64,000 nt of DNA from an uncultured Actinomycetota bacterium (lineage in GTDB: Bacteria > Actinomycetota > Actinomycetes > Actinomycetales > Kineosporiaceae), in NCBI GenBank assembly GCA_963784535.1, contig CAWARR010000006.1, positions 1 to 64,000 of the forward strand, in the 5' to 3' direction. The first letter of the stretch is position 1; each line of letters opens with the position of its first letter. Made by a program: the position numbers and the translations under genes. The notes below the pieces were generated by a model that saw only the letters and a list, made by a program, of their open reading frames with translations, made no database searches and was not told the origin of the DNA. This document shows positions 23,570-32,679 of the stretch, piece by piece.

Positions 23570-25444
23570 ATGAGCGGGCTCAACACCCCAAGGCGCGGAA
23601 TGCGGCAGTCCGCGGTGCTTGCGCCGATGGTGGCGGTCGCCCGCCGGCTTCGGCTGGGGGTACGACTGGTGGCACTGGCCGTGGTGTTGCTGATCCCGAC
23701 CGCCGTGCTGGCGCAGGCCTTCATCTCGGCCACCAATGCCCAGATCTCCTTCGCCGCCCAGGAGCGGGACGGGGTGGCCGTCGTGGCGCCGGCGCTGTCC
23801 GCGCTGGCCCAGACGGTGGCCGGCGAGAAGGTCGACCTGGGCCCGCTGACGGCCGCGGCGAAGGCACGACCCGGCCTGGGGCTGGACCAGGCGTTGGCCG
23901 CCGTGACCTCGGCGCAGGCCTCCGCCTCCACCCCCGCGGGCAGGGTCGGGCTGGCGACCGCGCTGGCGGGCCTGATCACCGCGGCCGGGAACAGCTCCAA
24001 CCTGATCCTCGACCCCGACCTGGACTCCTTCTACGTGATGGACTCGCTGGTCGTGCAGCTGCCCAACGCGCTGGTGGACGGAGCACAGGCCGCGGTCGGC
24101 CCCACCAGCGGGACCGCAGCCAGCAACGTCGCAGCCCAGGCCGTGCTGGCCGGTGGGCTGGCCAGCGCCGCGGCCGGGCTGGCCTCGGACGCCGACACCG
24201 CGGCGAAGAACACCGCCATGCCCGGCCTGCAGTCCAAGCTCGCGGCGCTGAAGCAGGCGGCAGGCGCGACCACCGCACTGCAGACCACCCTGGCGTCCAC
24301 CTTGTCCCGGCCCACCGCCGCCGACCCCCGCGCCCTGGCCCGGGCAGCGAGTGCCGCGGTAACCCCCACCGCCGGTCAGCTGGACGCTCTGCTGCAGGCC
24401 CGGATCGGGCGGCAGAGCAGTGAGCAGCAGCGCATCCTTGGCATCACCGCGGCCAGCCTGGTCCTGGGGGCCTGGTTCGCCGTCGCCGTCCTGCTGCTCA
24501 CCCGCCGCGACGCAGCCCGCACCGTGGCCGCGGTCGACGCCCTCGCCCACGGGGACCTCAAGGTCGGCGAACTGCCCGACGCCCGCGACGAGTTCGGGGA
24601 CATCGGCCGGGCCCTGCACGCCGCCACGACCACCCTGCGGGAGACCATCTCCACGATCGGCGAGCATGCGATCACCCTCGCCGCGGCCAGCGAACAGCTG
24701 TCGGCCTCGAGCGCCTCGATCGCCGAAGCCGCCGAGCAGACCACCACCCAGGCCGGGACCGTCTCCGTGGCTACCCACGAGGTGAGCACCCACATCAACG
24801 GCCTGTCCGCGGCCTCCACCCAGTTCGGGGCCTCGATCTCGGAGATCGCCCAGAACGCGGCCGAGGCCGCCCGGGTCGCCTCCGCCGCCACCGTCCTGGC
24901 CGACCAGACCACCCAGACCGTCGACCAGCTCGGCCGCTCCTCCGCCGAGATCACCGGTGTCATCCAGCTCATCCGCGCCGTGGCCGGGCAGACCAACCTG
25001 CTCGCCCTCAACGCCACCATCGAAGCCGCCCGCGCCGGCGAGGCGGGCAAGGGCTTCGCCGTGGTCGCCTCCGAGGTCAAGGACCTCGCCCAGCAGACCG
25101 AGACCGCGACCACCGACATCACCCACCGGATCACCCAGATCCAGAGCGAGAGCGCCGCCGCCGCCACGGCGATCAGCCAGATCGGAACCGTGATCGCCCA
25201 GATCAGCGAGTTCCAGACCTCCATCGCCGGAGCCGTCGAGGAGCAGAACGCCACCGCCTCGGAGATCAGCCAGCAGGTCATCAAGGCCGCCGACAGTTCC
25301 GCCGGCATCACCGACACGATCGCCGCCGTCGCCAACGCCGCCCGCACTACCAGCGACAACGCCGGGGACTCTCGCACCGCGACCCAGGACCTGGCCCGCA
25401 TGAGTGCCCAGCTCCGCACCCTGGTCGACCAGTTCCAGCTCTGA
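23570..25444 (+). CDS. Methyl-accepting chemotaxis protein (two TM segments, ~280-aa Ala-rich periplasmic region, HAMP, MCP signalling domain)
   Basis: ATG 23570 after GAGAGGAAG RBS; ...[48 protein letters not shown]... highly conserved MCP hairpin tip. Confidence 0.9.
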   Translation: MSGLNTPRRGMRQSAVLAPMVAVARRLRLGVRLVALAVVLLIPTAVLAQAFISATNAQISFAAQERDGVAVVAPALSALAQTVAGEKVDLGPLTAAAKARPGLGLDQALAAVTSAQASASTPAGRVGLATALAGLITAAGNSSNLILDPDLDSFYVMDSLVVQLPNALVDGAQAAVGPTSGTAASNVAAQAVLAGGLASAAAGLASDADTAAKNTAMPGLQSKLAALKQAAGATTALQTTLASTLSRPTAADPRALARAASAAVTPTAGQLDALLQARIGRQSSEQQRILGITAASLVLGAWFAVAVLLLTRRDAARTVAAVDALAHGDLKVGELPDARDEFGDIGRALHAATTTLRETISTIGEHAITLAAASEQLSASSASIAEAAEQTTTQAGTVSVATHEVSTHINGLSAASTQFGASISEIAQNAAEAARVASAATVLADQTTQTVDQLGRSSAEITGVIQLIRAVAGQTNLLALNATIEAARAGEAGKGFAVVASEVKDLAQQTETATTDITHRITQIQSESAAAATAISQIGTVIAQISEFQTSIAGAVEEQNATASEISQQVIKAADSSAGITDTIAAVANAARTTSDNAGDSRTATQDLARMSAQLRTLVDQFQL

Positions 25445-25480
25445 CCGCTCCGGGGGAGAAGCCTCAGCGGTGCCGCCCGA

Positions 25481-26683
25481 TCAGAGCCGCTGCTGCCAGG
25501 CGACCATCCGGTCCACGGCCTCGGCCACGTCGTCCGCCGCGGCGGCGAACGACAGCCGCACCCAGTTCCGGCCTTCGACGGCGTCGAAGTCGGTGCCGGG
25601 GGTGAGGGCGACCCCGGCCTCGTCCAGCAGGCGGGCGCACCAGGTGCCCGAGTCCAGCCCGGACGGCGAGATGTCGGCGTACACGTAGAACGCGCCGTCC
25701 GCGGGGGCCGCGCGGGCCCACCCGAGGTCCGGCAGACGGTCGAGCACCAGCCGCCGCGACCGGGCGTACTGCTCGACGTTGGCGCGTGCCGCGGCGTAGC
25801 CCTCGGGGGTGAACGCCGCCAGCGCGGCGTGTTGGGCGAGCGCCGGCGGGCACAGCGCGAGGTTGCCGGCGAGAGCCTCGACCGGGGCGAGGAGGTCGTC
25901 CGGCAGGACCAGCCAACCGAGTCGCCACCCGGTCATCGCCCAGTACTTCGAGAACGAGTTGACCACGACGACGCCGGTGCCGAGGTCTGCCACCGCGGAC
26001 GGTGCGCCCGCCCCGTCGCCGATCGCGGTGCCGCCCGCGGCGCCCTCCGGGTAGGTCATCCCGTGGTAGATCTCGTCGCTGACCAGGCGGACGCCGCGCT
26101 CGGCGCACCAGGCGACGAGCGAGTCCAGCGCCCGGGGATCGATGAGCGTCCCGGTGGGGTTCGCCGGCCCCGCCACGACGAGACCGTCGAGAGGGGAGTC
26201 CAGCGCCTCCAACTGCTCGACGGTGGGCTGGTAGCGCGTCTCCGGGCCGCACCCGATCTCGACCACCTCGCAACCCAGGCCGGCCAGGATGTTCCGGTAC
26301 GCCGGGTACCCGGGACGGGCCAGCGCCACCCGGTCGCCGGGGTCGAACGCGGCGAGGAAGGCCAGCAGGAAGCCACCGGAGGACCCGGTGCTCACCGCGA
26401 CGTTCCGCGGGTCGACGTCCACGCCGTACCAGCGGCGGTAGTGCCCCGCGATCGCGGCCCGCAGGGCCGGGGTGCCCACTGCCTCGGTGTACCCGAGATC
26501 GCCCGCCTCGAGCAGGGCCTGGGCGCGGCGGCGCACCACCGCGGGCGCACCCGACGAGGGCTCTCCCGCGCAGAGGTTCAGCACCGATTGCCCGGCGGCC
26601 CGGCGGGCGTTGGCGGCGGCCAGCACCTCCATCACCGCGAAGGGGGGCACTCTGGAGCGGGAGGAGGCCTTCATGGTGGCCAT
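25481..26683 (-). CDS. PLP-dependent aminotransferase, class I/II (aspartate/aromatic aminotransferase-like)
   Basis: ...LNLCAGEPSSGAP...GYTEAVGTPALRAAIAGHYRR...VVVNSFSKYWAMTGWRLGWLVLP...; start ATG ambiguous (26683 or 26674). Confidence 0.8.
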   Translation of the reverse strand: MATMKASSRSRVPPFAVMEVLAAANARRAAGQSVLNLCAGEPSSGAPAVVRRRAQALLEAGDLGYTEAVGTPALRAAIAGHYRRWYGVDVDPRNVAVSTGSSGGFLLAFLAAFDPGDRVALARPGYPAYRNILAGLGCEVVEIGCGPETRYQPTVEQLEALDSPLDGLVVAGPANPTGTLIDPRALDSLVAWCAERGVRLVSDEIYHGMTYPEGAAGGTAIGDGAGAPSAVADLGTGVVVVNSFSKYWAMTGWRLGWLVLPDDLLAPVEALAGNLALCPPALAQHAALAAFTPEGYAAARANVEQYARSRRLVLDRLPDLGWARAAPADGAFYVYADISPSGLDSGTWCARLLDEAGVALTPGTDFDAVEGRNWVRLSFAAAADDVAEAVDRMVAWQQRL

Positions 26684-26828
26684 CCTGCCCGCTGCGGCCG
26701 GCCCTCGGCGACGGCCGTCCCCCCGGCTGCCGCGCAGCGTGACGATCACGCCGGCGGCTGCGGATCAAGCCCGAGGGTCCGGTGGTCGAAACAGCGGGAA
26801 GGACTCCGGCGGGACGGGATGCGGCGCG

Positions 26829-28280
26829 ATGGCGATGAGGCAGGGGCGCTCCGATCAGTCGGCTCGTGCCGCGGTGGGTGCCGAGGCCGCCGGTGCGGGC
26901 GGCGGGCACCGCTGCCCGGTGCGCTCGCGCTGCGACCCGAGGGAGCTCGTCGCCTGCGCCGAGGCAGCGGCGGGCGCGGTGGAGGCTTCCGACGCGGCCG
27001 GGCTGGAGGTGCTGAAGGCGCTCCCGCACCTGGTGTACTGGAAGGACGGCGACGGCCGGTACGTCGGGTGCAACGAGGCGTTCCTGCGCGAGCGCCGGGT
27101 CGGCTCGGCCGAGCAGATCGTGGGTCGCACGGAGGAGGAGCTGGCGCTGCCGGATGCCTTCTCCGCGACGCTGCCGCCGATCGAGCGCTCGGTGATGACC
27201 AGTGGGGTCCCGGCGTCGGGGGTGCAGTCACTCGCGGCGCCGGCCGCGGCGCAGGGCGAGCAGGGCGTTCCCGACGCCGCATCGAAACTGCTGCTGACCG
27301 TGTTGCCGTTGCGCACCGCGCAGGGCCGCGTCACCGGCGTGATCGGGGTGGGCGCGGACGTCAGTGGGCTGAGTGATCTCGATCAGCGCCTGTCCCATGC
27401 CAGCAGGATGGAGTCGATCGGCAGGCTGGCCGAGAACATCGCCCACCAGATCAACACGCCGGTGCAGTTCATCACCGACAACGTGCGGTTCGTCGCGGAC
27501 GGGGTCGCGGAGACCCTCCATGCCCTGGAGGCGGTACAGGCCGCCGTGGGCACCGACCACGGTGAGGGCGGCGGCGCTGCGGTTCCCGCCCGGTCCGCCG
27601 AGCAGGCGTTGGCCGCGGTGCAGGAGGCCATCGGCGGCCTGGACGTGGACTACCTGGTCCAGGAGTTGCCCGGGTCGATCCTCGAGTCGCTGGAGGGTCT
27701 GAGCCAGATCGCGCAGATCGTCTCGGCGTTGAAGAGCTACTCCCGCCCCGAGAGCCGGATGGTGTCCAGCCAACTCAACCGGCTCATCGACAACGCGGTG
27801 AGCCTCGCCGGACCGCAGTGGATGCCGGTGGCCGATCTGCAGTTGCAGTTGGCGGCGGAGATTCCGGAGTTGGCCTGCTACGAGGGGGAGCTGCGGCAGG
27901 TGCTGCTCAACCTCGTCGTGAATGCAGCCCAGGCCGTGACGGTGCGGCAGGCCGAGGATCCCGGGTATGGGAAGGGCCTGATCGAGGTCCGCTCCGAGCA
28001 CGACGCCGGGGCCGGCGTCGTCACCGTCGTGGTGCGGGACGACGGCTGCGGGATGGACGAGGCCACCCGGGCGAGGATCTTCGACCCCTTCTTCACCACC
28101 AAGGAGTTCGGGCAGTCCTCGGGCCAGGGCCTCAGTCTCGCCTGGGCGACGATCGTCAACCGCCACAACGGGGCGATCCAGGTCGACAGCGTCCCCGGTG
28201 CGGGCACCACCGTCACCGTGACCCTGCCGAGCGGCGGCGCGACCGCCGGCGGGCAGCAGCAGCCCGAGGGCAGCCGCTAG
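26829..28280 (+). CDS. PAS-domain sensor histidine kinase (HisKA + HATPase_c)
   Basis: PAS-like LVYWKDGDGRYVGCNEAFLRERRVGSAEQIVGRTEEEL; H-box SHASRMESIGRLAENIAHQINTPVQ; ATPase ...LLNLVVNAAQAV...VVRDDGCGMDEATRARIFDPFFTTKEFGQSSGQGLSLA... Confidence 0.85.
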   Translation: MAMRQGRSDQSARAAVGAEAAGAGGGHRCPVRSRCDPRELVACAEAAAGAVEASDAAGLEVLKALPHLVYWKDGDGRYVGCNEAFLRERRVGSAEQIVGRTEEELALPDAFSATLPPIERSVMTSGVPASGVQSLAAPAAAQGEQGVPDAASKLLLTVLPLRTAQGRVTGVIGVGADVSGLSDLDQRLSHASRMESIGRLAENIAHQINTPVQFITDNVRFVADGVAETLHALEAVQAAVGTDHGEGGGAAVPARSAEQALAAVQEAIGGLDVDYLVQELPGSILESLEGLSQIAQIVSALKSYSRPESRMVSSQLNRLIDNAVSLAGPQWMPVADLQLQLAAEIPELACYEGELRQVLLNLVVNAAQAVTVRQAEDPGYGKGLIEVRSEHDAGAGVVTVVVRDDGCGMDEATRARIFDPFFTTKEFGQSSGQGLSLAWATIVNRHNGAIQVDSVPGAGTTVTVTLPSGGATAGGQQQPEGSR

Positions 28281-28303
28281 CGCCTACCGGGCCGGGCCCC
28301 GGG

Positions 28304-28723
28304 TCACCGCGCGGCGCAGTCCGCGCAGATCCCGAAGATCTCCAGGGTGTGGCTGGCGTCGGTGAACCCGTGCGCGGCCGCGGTGGTCGCGGCCCAGCGC
28401 TCCAGGCCGGGGCCGTCGACCTCGACGGCGTGCCCGCACGAACGGCAGATCAGGTGGTGGTGGTGGCCCCGGGAGCAGCGCCGGTAGGCGGTCTCGCCGT
28501 CGACGGTGCGCAGGACGTCGACCTTGTCGGCATCGGCGAGGCCCTGTAGGCACCGGTAGACCGTGGCCAGGCCGACCTGCTGGCCGCGCCGGCGGAGCAG
28601 GTCGTGCAGTTCCTGGGCGCTGACGAAAGCCTCGATCTCGTCCAGGGCCGCGGTGATGGCGGCCTTCTGCCGGGTCGCGCGCACCACCCGTTCGGTGCTT
28701 GTGCTGCGGGGTGCGTCGGCCAT
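28304..28723 (-). CDS. Fur-family metalloregulator (Zur-like), divergent from metal ABC transporter operon
   Basis: 139 aa; ...ATRQKAAITAALDEIEAFVSAQELHDLLRRRGQQVGLATVYRCLQGL...HHHHLICRSCGHAVEV...GICADCA (two Cys pairs). Confidence 0.8.
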   Translation of the reverse strand: MADAPRSTSTERVVRATRQKAAITAALDEIEAFVSAQELHDLLRRRGQQVGLATVYRCLQGLADADKVDVLRTVDGETAYRRCSRGHHHHLICRSCGHAVEVDGPGLERWAATTAAAHGFTDASHTLEIFGICADCAAR

Positions 28724-28768
28724 CCGGCTGCCCTCCGAGCTGTCTGGCTGCTCTCGACTTGACAGGCT

Positions 28769-28789
28769 TAATGATATCAGCTCTCATTA
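28769..28789. promoter_or_regulatory. Candidate Fur/Zur-type operator palindrome TAATGA-N9-TCATTA in an AT-rich island between the regulator and the transporter operon
   Basis: ttaatgatatcagctctcattac; local AT content far above the ~72% GC background; ~38 bp upstream of transporter ATG 28827. Confidence 0.45.
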
Positions 28790-28826
28790 CGAATAGTTGG
28801 TGTCGTCGTCCGGAGGAGAGTCCAGC

Positions 28827-29758
28827 ATGCGTGCCAGGGTCCATGTCGTCACCGCCGCGGCCGTGGCGGCCGCCGTCGGGCTGGCCGGCTGCGGCAGCTC
28901 GACCGCCGGGGCGAGCGGTGGGCAGGGGGCCGGGGCGTCAGCGACGATCCACGTGGTGGCGGCGGAGAACTTCTGGGGCAGCATCGCCGCGCAGGTCGGC
29001 GGGCCGCACGTGAAGGTCACCAGCATCATCGACAACCCTGCCGCCGATCCGCACGACTACGAACCCACCGCCGCCGACGCCCGGGCGATCGCCACTGCCG
29101 ACGTGGTGGTGATCAACGGGATCGGCTACGACCCTGGGCGAGCAGGCTCGCCGCGGCCGACCCCGCTGCGAACCGGACCGTGCTGACGGTGGGCGACCTG
29201 CTCGCCGTCCCGAGCAACGGGAACCCCCACCGTTGGTACGACCCCGAGGACGTGACCAGGGTGGTCGACCAGCTCGTGGCCGACTACACCAAGGCCGACC
29301 CGGCGGATGCCGCGACGTTCCAGGCGAACAGGTCGGCCTTCGAGAACTCGGCGCTGGCCGGGTACAAGGGTGTGATCGCCGAGATCAGGGCGAAATACGC
29401 GGGCACGCCGGTGGGGGCCTCGGAGAGCATCTTCGCGATGATCGCCCCCGCCCTCGGGCTGGACCTGGTCACTCCGGCGTCGTTCCTGAAGGCGATCAGC
29501 GAGGGCAGCGACCCGTCCGCGGCGGACAAGGCCACCATCGATGCGCAGATCACCGGCCGGAAGATCAAGGTGTACGTGTACAACAGCCAGAACGCCACCC
29601 CGGACATCCAGACCCAGATCGCCGCGGCGAAGTCCGCCGGGATCCCCGTCACCACCATCACCGAGACCATGGTCCCCGCGACCGCCAGCTGGCAGCAGTG
29701 GCAGACCACCCAGTTGCTGGCGCTGCGGGATGCCCTGGCCAAGGCCACCGGCAAGTAG
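28827..29758 (+). CDS. Metal (Zn/Mn) ABC transporter substrate-binding lipoprotein, ZnuA/TroA family; one apparent frameshift near 29150
   Basis: Signal/lipobox MRARVHVVTAAAVAAAVGLAGCGS; ...NFWGSIAAQVGGPHVKVTSIIDNPAADPHDYEPTAADARAIATADVVVINGIGYDP then continues in next frame ...GNPHRWYDPEDV... Confidence 0.8.
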
Positions 29759-29791
29759 ACCCGCGGTCAGTCCACCCGCCGAACGAAACAG

Positions 29792-30718
29792 GTGAGCCCG
29801 ATGAATCCGGTTGCCCAGCAGGTTCCGCGCGTGTCCGCAGCCGAGCAGGGCGCCGCGGCGGTGCCCGGCGGACCCGCTGCGGGCGGCGGGTCCGCCCAGC
29901 CGCTGCTCGAACTGCGGGACGCGGCAGTCCGGGTGGGGGACCGGACCCTGTGGAGCGGGGTGGACCTCGGCGTCCGCGCGGGGGAGTTCGTGGCCGTCCT
30001 GGGCCCGAACGGGGTCGGGAAGTCGACCCTGGTGAAGGCGGTGCTCGGGCTGATCCCGCTGGCGGCGGGGTCGCTGCAGGTGGCGGGGCTGCCCGCCGGC
30101 GCCGCCAACGACGGGATCGGGTACCTGCCTCAACGGCGCAGCTTCGACCCGGGGTTGCGGATTCGCGGTGTCGACGTGGTCCGCCTCGGCCTGGACGGCA
30201 ACCGGTGGGGGATCCCGCTGCCGGGCGCGCGCCGGTTCAGCGCCAAGGCGCGGGCCAGCCGGGCCCGCGTGGCCGAGGTCATCGCGCTGGTCGGGGCCCA
30301 GGAGTACGCGCACCGGCCGATCGGGCAGCTGTCCGGCGGGGAGCAGCAGCGCCTGCTGATCGCCCAGGCGCTGGTGTCGCGGCCCCGGCTGCTGCTGCTC
30401 GACGAGCCGCTGGACAGCCTCGACCTGCCCAACCAGAGCGCCGTCGCCGCGCTCGTCTCGCGGATCTGTCGCCAGGAGGGTGTGGCCGTGCTGATGGTCG
30501 CCCACGACGTCAACCCGATCCTCACCTACCTGGACCGGGTGGTCTACATCGCCGCCGGGGGTGCCGCCGCAGGCGCACCCCGCGAGGTGATCACCAACGA
30601 GACCCTGACCCGCCTGTACGGGACCCCGGTCGAGGTCCTGTCGGCAGCCGACGGGCGACTGGTCGTGGTCGGGCAGCCCGAGGCTCCCGCCCACCACAGC
30701 GACCGGCACCGGCCATGA
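29792..30718 (+). CDS. Metal ABC transporter ATP-binding protein
   Basis: Walker A GPNGVGKST, signature LSGGEQQRLLIAQAL, Walker B LLLLDEP. Confidence 0.9.
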   Translation: MSPMNPVAQQVPRVSAAEQGAAAVPGGPAAGGGSAQPLLELRDAAVRVGDRTLWSGVDLGVRAGEFVAVLGPNGVGKSTLVKAVLGLIPLAAGSLQVAGLPAGAANDGIGYLPQRRSFDPGLRIRGVDVVRLGLDGNRWGIPLPGARRFSAKARASRARVAEVIALVGAQEYAHRPIGQLSGGEQQRLLIAQALVSRPRLLLLDEPLDSLDLPNQSAVAALVSRICRQEGVAVLMVAHDVNPILTYLDRVVYIAAGGAAAGAPREVITNETLTRLYGTPVEVLSAADGRLVVVGQPEAPAHHSDRHRP

Positions 30719-30767
30719 GCCGGCCCGCGCGCCCCGGGCCCGCAACCGCACGGGCGAGGACGCAGCC

Positions 30768-31712
30768 GTGATCGCCTCCAGCGGCGACCTGAACCCGCAG
30801 CTGACCTGGAACCTCCTCACCGACGTCCGGCAGGTGCTCCAGTTCCCGTTCATGGTCAACGCCGTACGGGCGGGCACGATCGTGGCCGTGCTGGCGGGGC
30901 TGGTCGGCTGGTTCATGGTGCTGCGCCGGCAGAGCTTCACCGGTCACACCGTCGCCGTGGTCGGCTTTCCGGGTGCGGCGGGCGCCGTCCTGATCGGGGT
31001 GTCGGCCACGTACGGGTACTTCGCCTTCGCGATCGCCGCCGCCGTCCTGATCGCCCTCGTCCCCGGGGGCGGGGGGCGCGGCTACAGCGAGGAGTCAGCC
31101 GTCACCGGCACCGTCCAGGCGGCGGCCCTGGCCACCGGCTTCCTGTTCGTCTCCCTGTACAGCGGGTTCATGGGCGGCGCGAACGCGCTGCTGTTCGGCA
31201 GCTTCCTCGGCATCACCGCCGGTCAGGTCCGCCTCCTGCTCGCCGTCGCTGTCGGCGCGGGGCTGGTGCTGGCGCTGATCGGCCGCCGCCTGCTGTTCGC
31301 CTCCGTCGATCCTTCGGTCGCGGCCGCTCGCGGCGTCCCGGTGCGCGCCCTGTCGGTGGCGTTCCTGGTGCTGCTGGCCGCGGCCGCGGCTGAGGTCGCC
31401 CAGATCACCGGCACCCTGCTGGTCTTCGCGCTGCTCGTCGTCCCGGCGGCTACGGCACAGGTGCTCACCGCCCGTCCCGCGCTCAGCATCGGGCTGACCG
31501 TCGCGATCGGCCTGGCCATCACGTGGGCGGCGCTGTTCCTGGCCTACTACCAGCCCTACCCGATCGGGTTCTTCGTCACCAGCTTCGCGTTCGCCGCCTA
31601 CCTCGCAGCCACCGGCTGGCGGCGGCTGCGGGCGCGCGCGCGGGGGTTGTCGGGCCGGCTGCCCGACCCGGCTGCGGGGCCGGGGTACGGGCGGACCGGA
31701 GCGGCCGCATGA
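30768..31712 (+). CDS. Metal ABC transporter permease (first of two)
   Basis: 314 aa, 8-9 predicted TM helices, ABC-3 family composition. Confidence 0.85.
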   Translation: MIASSGDLNPQLTWNLLTDVRQVLQFPFMVNAVRAGTIVAVLAGLVGWFMVLRRQSFTGHTVAVVGFPGAAGAVLIGVSATYGYFAFAIAAAVLIALVPGGGGRGYSEESAVTGTVQAAALATGFLFVSLYSGFMGGANALLFGSFLGITAGQVRLLLAVAVGAGLVLALIGRRLLFASVDPSVAAARGVPVRALSVAFLVLLAAAAAEVAQITGTLLVFALLVVPAATAQVLTARPALSIGLTVAIGLAITWAALFLAYYQPYPIGFFVTSFAFAAYLAATGWRRLRARARGLSGRLPDPAAGPGYGRTGAAA

Positions 31713-32641
31713 ACCCCCAACCGGCCCCGCTGCTGGCGGGCCGGTTGGTCGCCGACGCCACCGGCACCGGCCTGGGCCAGATGTTCGCGCACCCGTTCGT
31801 GCGTGAGGCGTTCCTGGCCGGCCTGCCGATCGCCGCCCTCGCCGGGGTGGTGGGGTACTTCATGGTGCTGCGCAGCCAGGTGTTCAGCGGGGACGCGCTG
31901 AGCCACGTCGCGTTCACCGGGGCCCTGGCGGCGCTGGCGTTCGGGGTGGACGCCCGGCTCGGCCTGTTCGTCGCCACCATCGGGATCGGGGTCGTGCTGG
32001 GGCTGCTGGGCAACCGCGGCCGCGCCGACGACGTCCTTATCGGCACCCTGTTCGCGTGGATTCTCGGCCTCGGTGTGCTGGCGCTGTCGGTCTACACGGC
32101 CAGCGCCAGCGCCGCCGCCAACGGTGGCGCCGGAGTCAGCGTCCTGTTCGGGTCCATCTTCGGGCTCAGCGCCGCCCGTGCCACCCTCGCCGCGGCCGTG
32201 GCCCTCGCCCTGCTGCTCGTGATGCTGGTGATCGCCCGGCCGCTGCTGTTCGCCAGCCTCGACGAGGCGGTTGCGGCCGCCCGCGGGGTGCCCGTCACTG
32301 CCCTCGGCGTCGGCTTCCTCGCCCTTGTCGGTGCCACCGCCGCCGAAGCCACCCAGGCTGTCGGGGCGCTGCTGCTGATCGGCCTGCTCGCAGCGCCGGC
32401 CGGAGCGGCACAACGGTTGACCCGCAACCCCTACTCCGGGCTGGCGCTGTCCGCGGGGCTGTCGCTGGCGGCGATGGCGACCGGTCTGACGGCCAGCTAC
32501 CTGGTGCCCACGCTGCCCGCGAGCTTCAGCATTCTCGCCGTCTCCTCCCTCGGCTACGCGGCCACCTTCCTCCCCACCGGGCGTAGACCACTGCCGGCGG
32601 CCGTGCCGACCAGGGCGAGGGCCACGGCGCGCAGCGGGTAG
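31709..32641 (+). CDS. Metal ABC transporter permease (second), start ATG overlapping previous stop (ATGA)
   Basis: MNPQPAPLLAGRLVADATGTGLGQMFAHPFVREAFLAGLPIAALAGVVGYFMVLRSQVFSGDALSHVAF... ABC-3 family; two permeases resemble TroCD/MntCD/SitCD. Confidence 0.8.
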   Translation: MNPQPAPLLAGRLVADATGTGLGQMFAHPFVREAFLAGLPIAALAGVVGYFMVLRSQVFSGDALSHVAFTGALAALAFGVDARLGLFVATIGIGVVLGLLGNRGRADDVLIGTLFAWILGLGVLALSVYTASASAAANGGAGVSVLFGSIFGLSAARATLAAAVALALLLVMLVIARPLLFASLDEAVAAARGVPVTALGVGFLALVGATAAEATQAVGALLLIGLLAAPAGAAQRLTRNPYSGLALSAGLSLAAMATGLTASYLVPTLPASFSILAVSSLGYAATFLPTGRRPLPAAVPTRARATARSG

Positions 32642-32679
32642 CACACCGGGCCGCCCGGCGGGAGTCTCTATAGCAAGAC

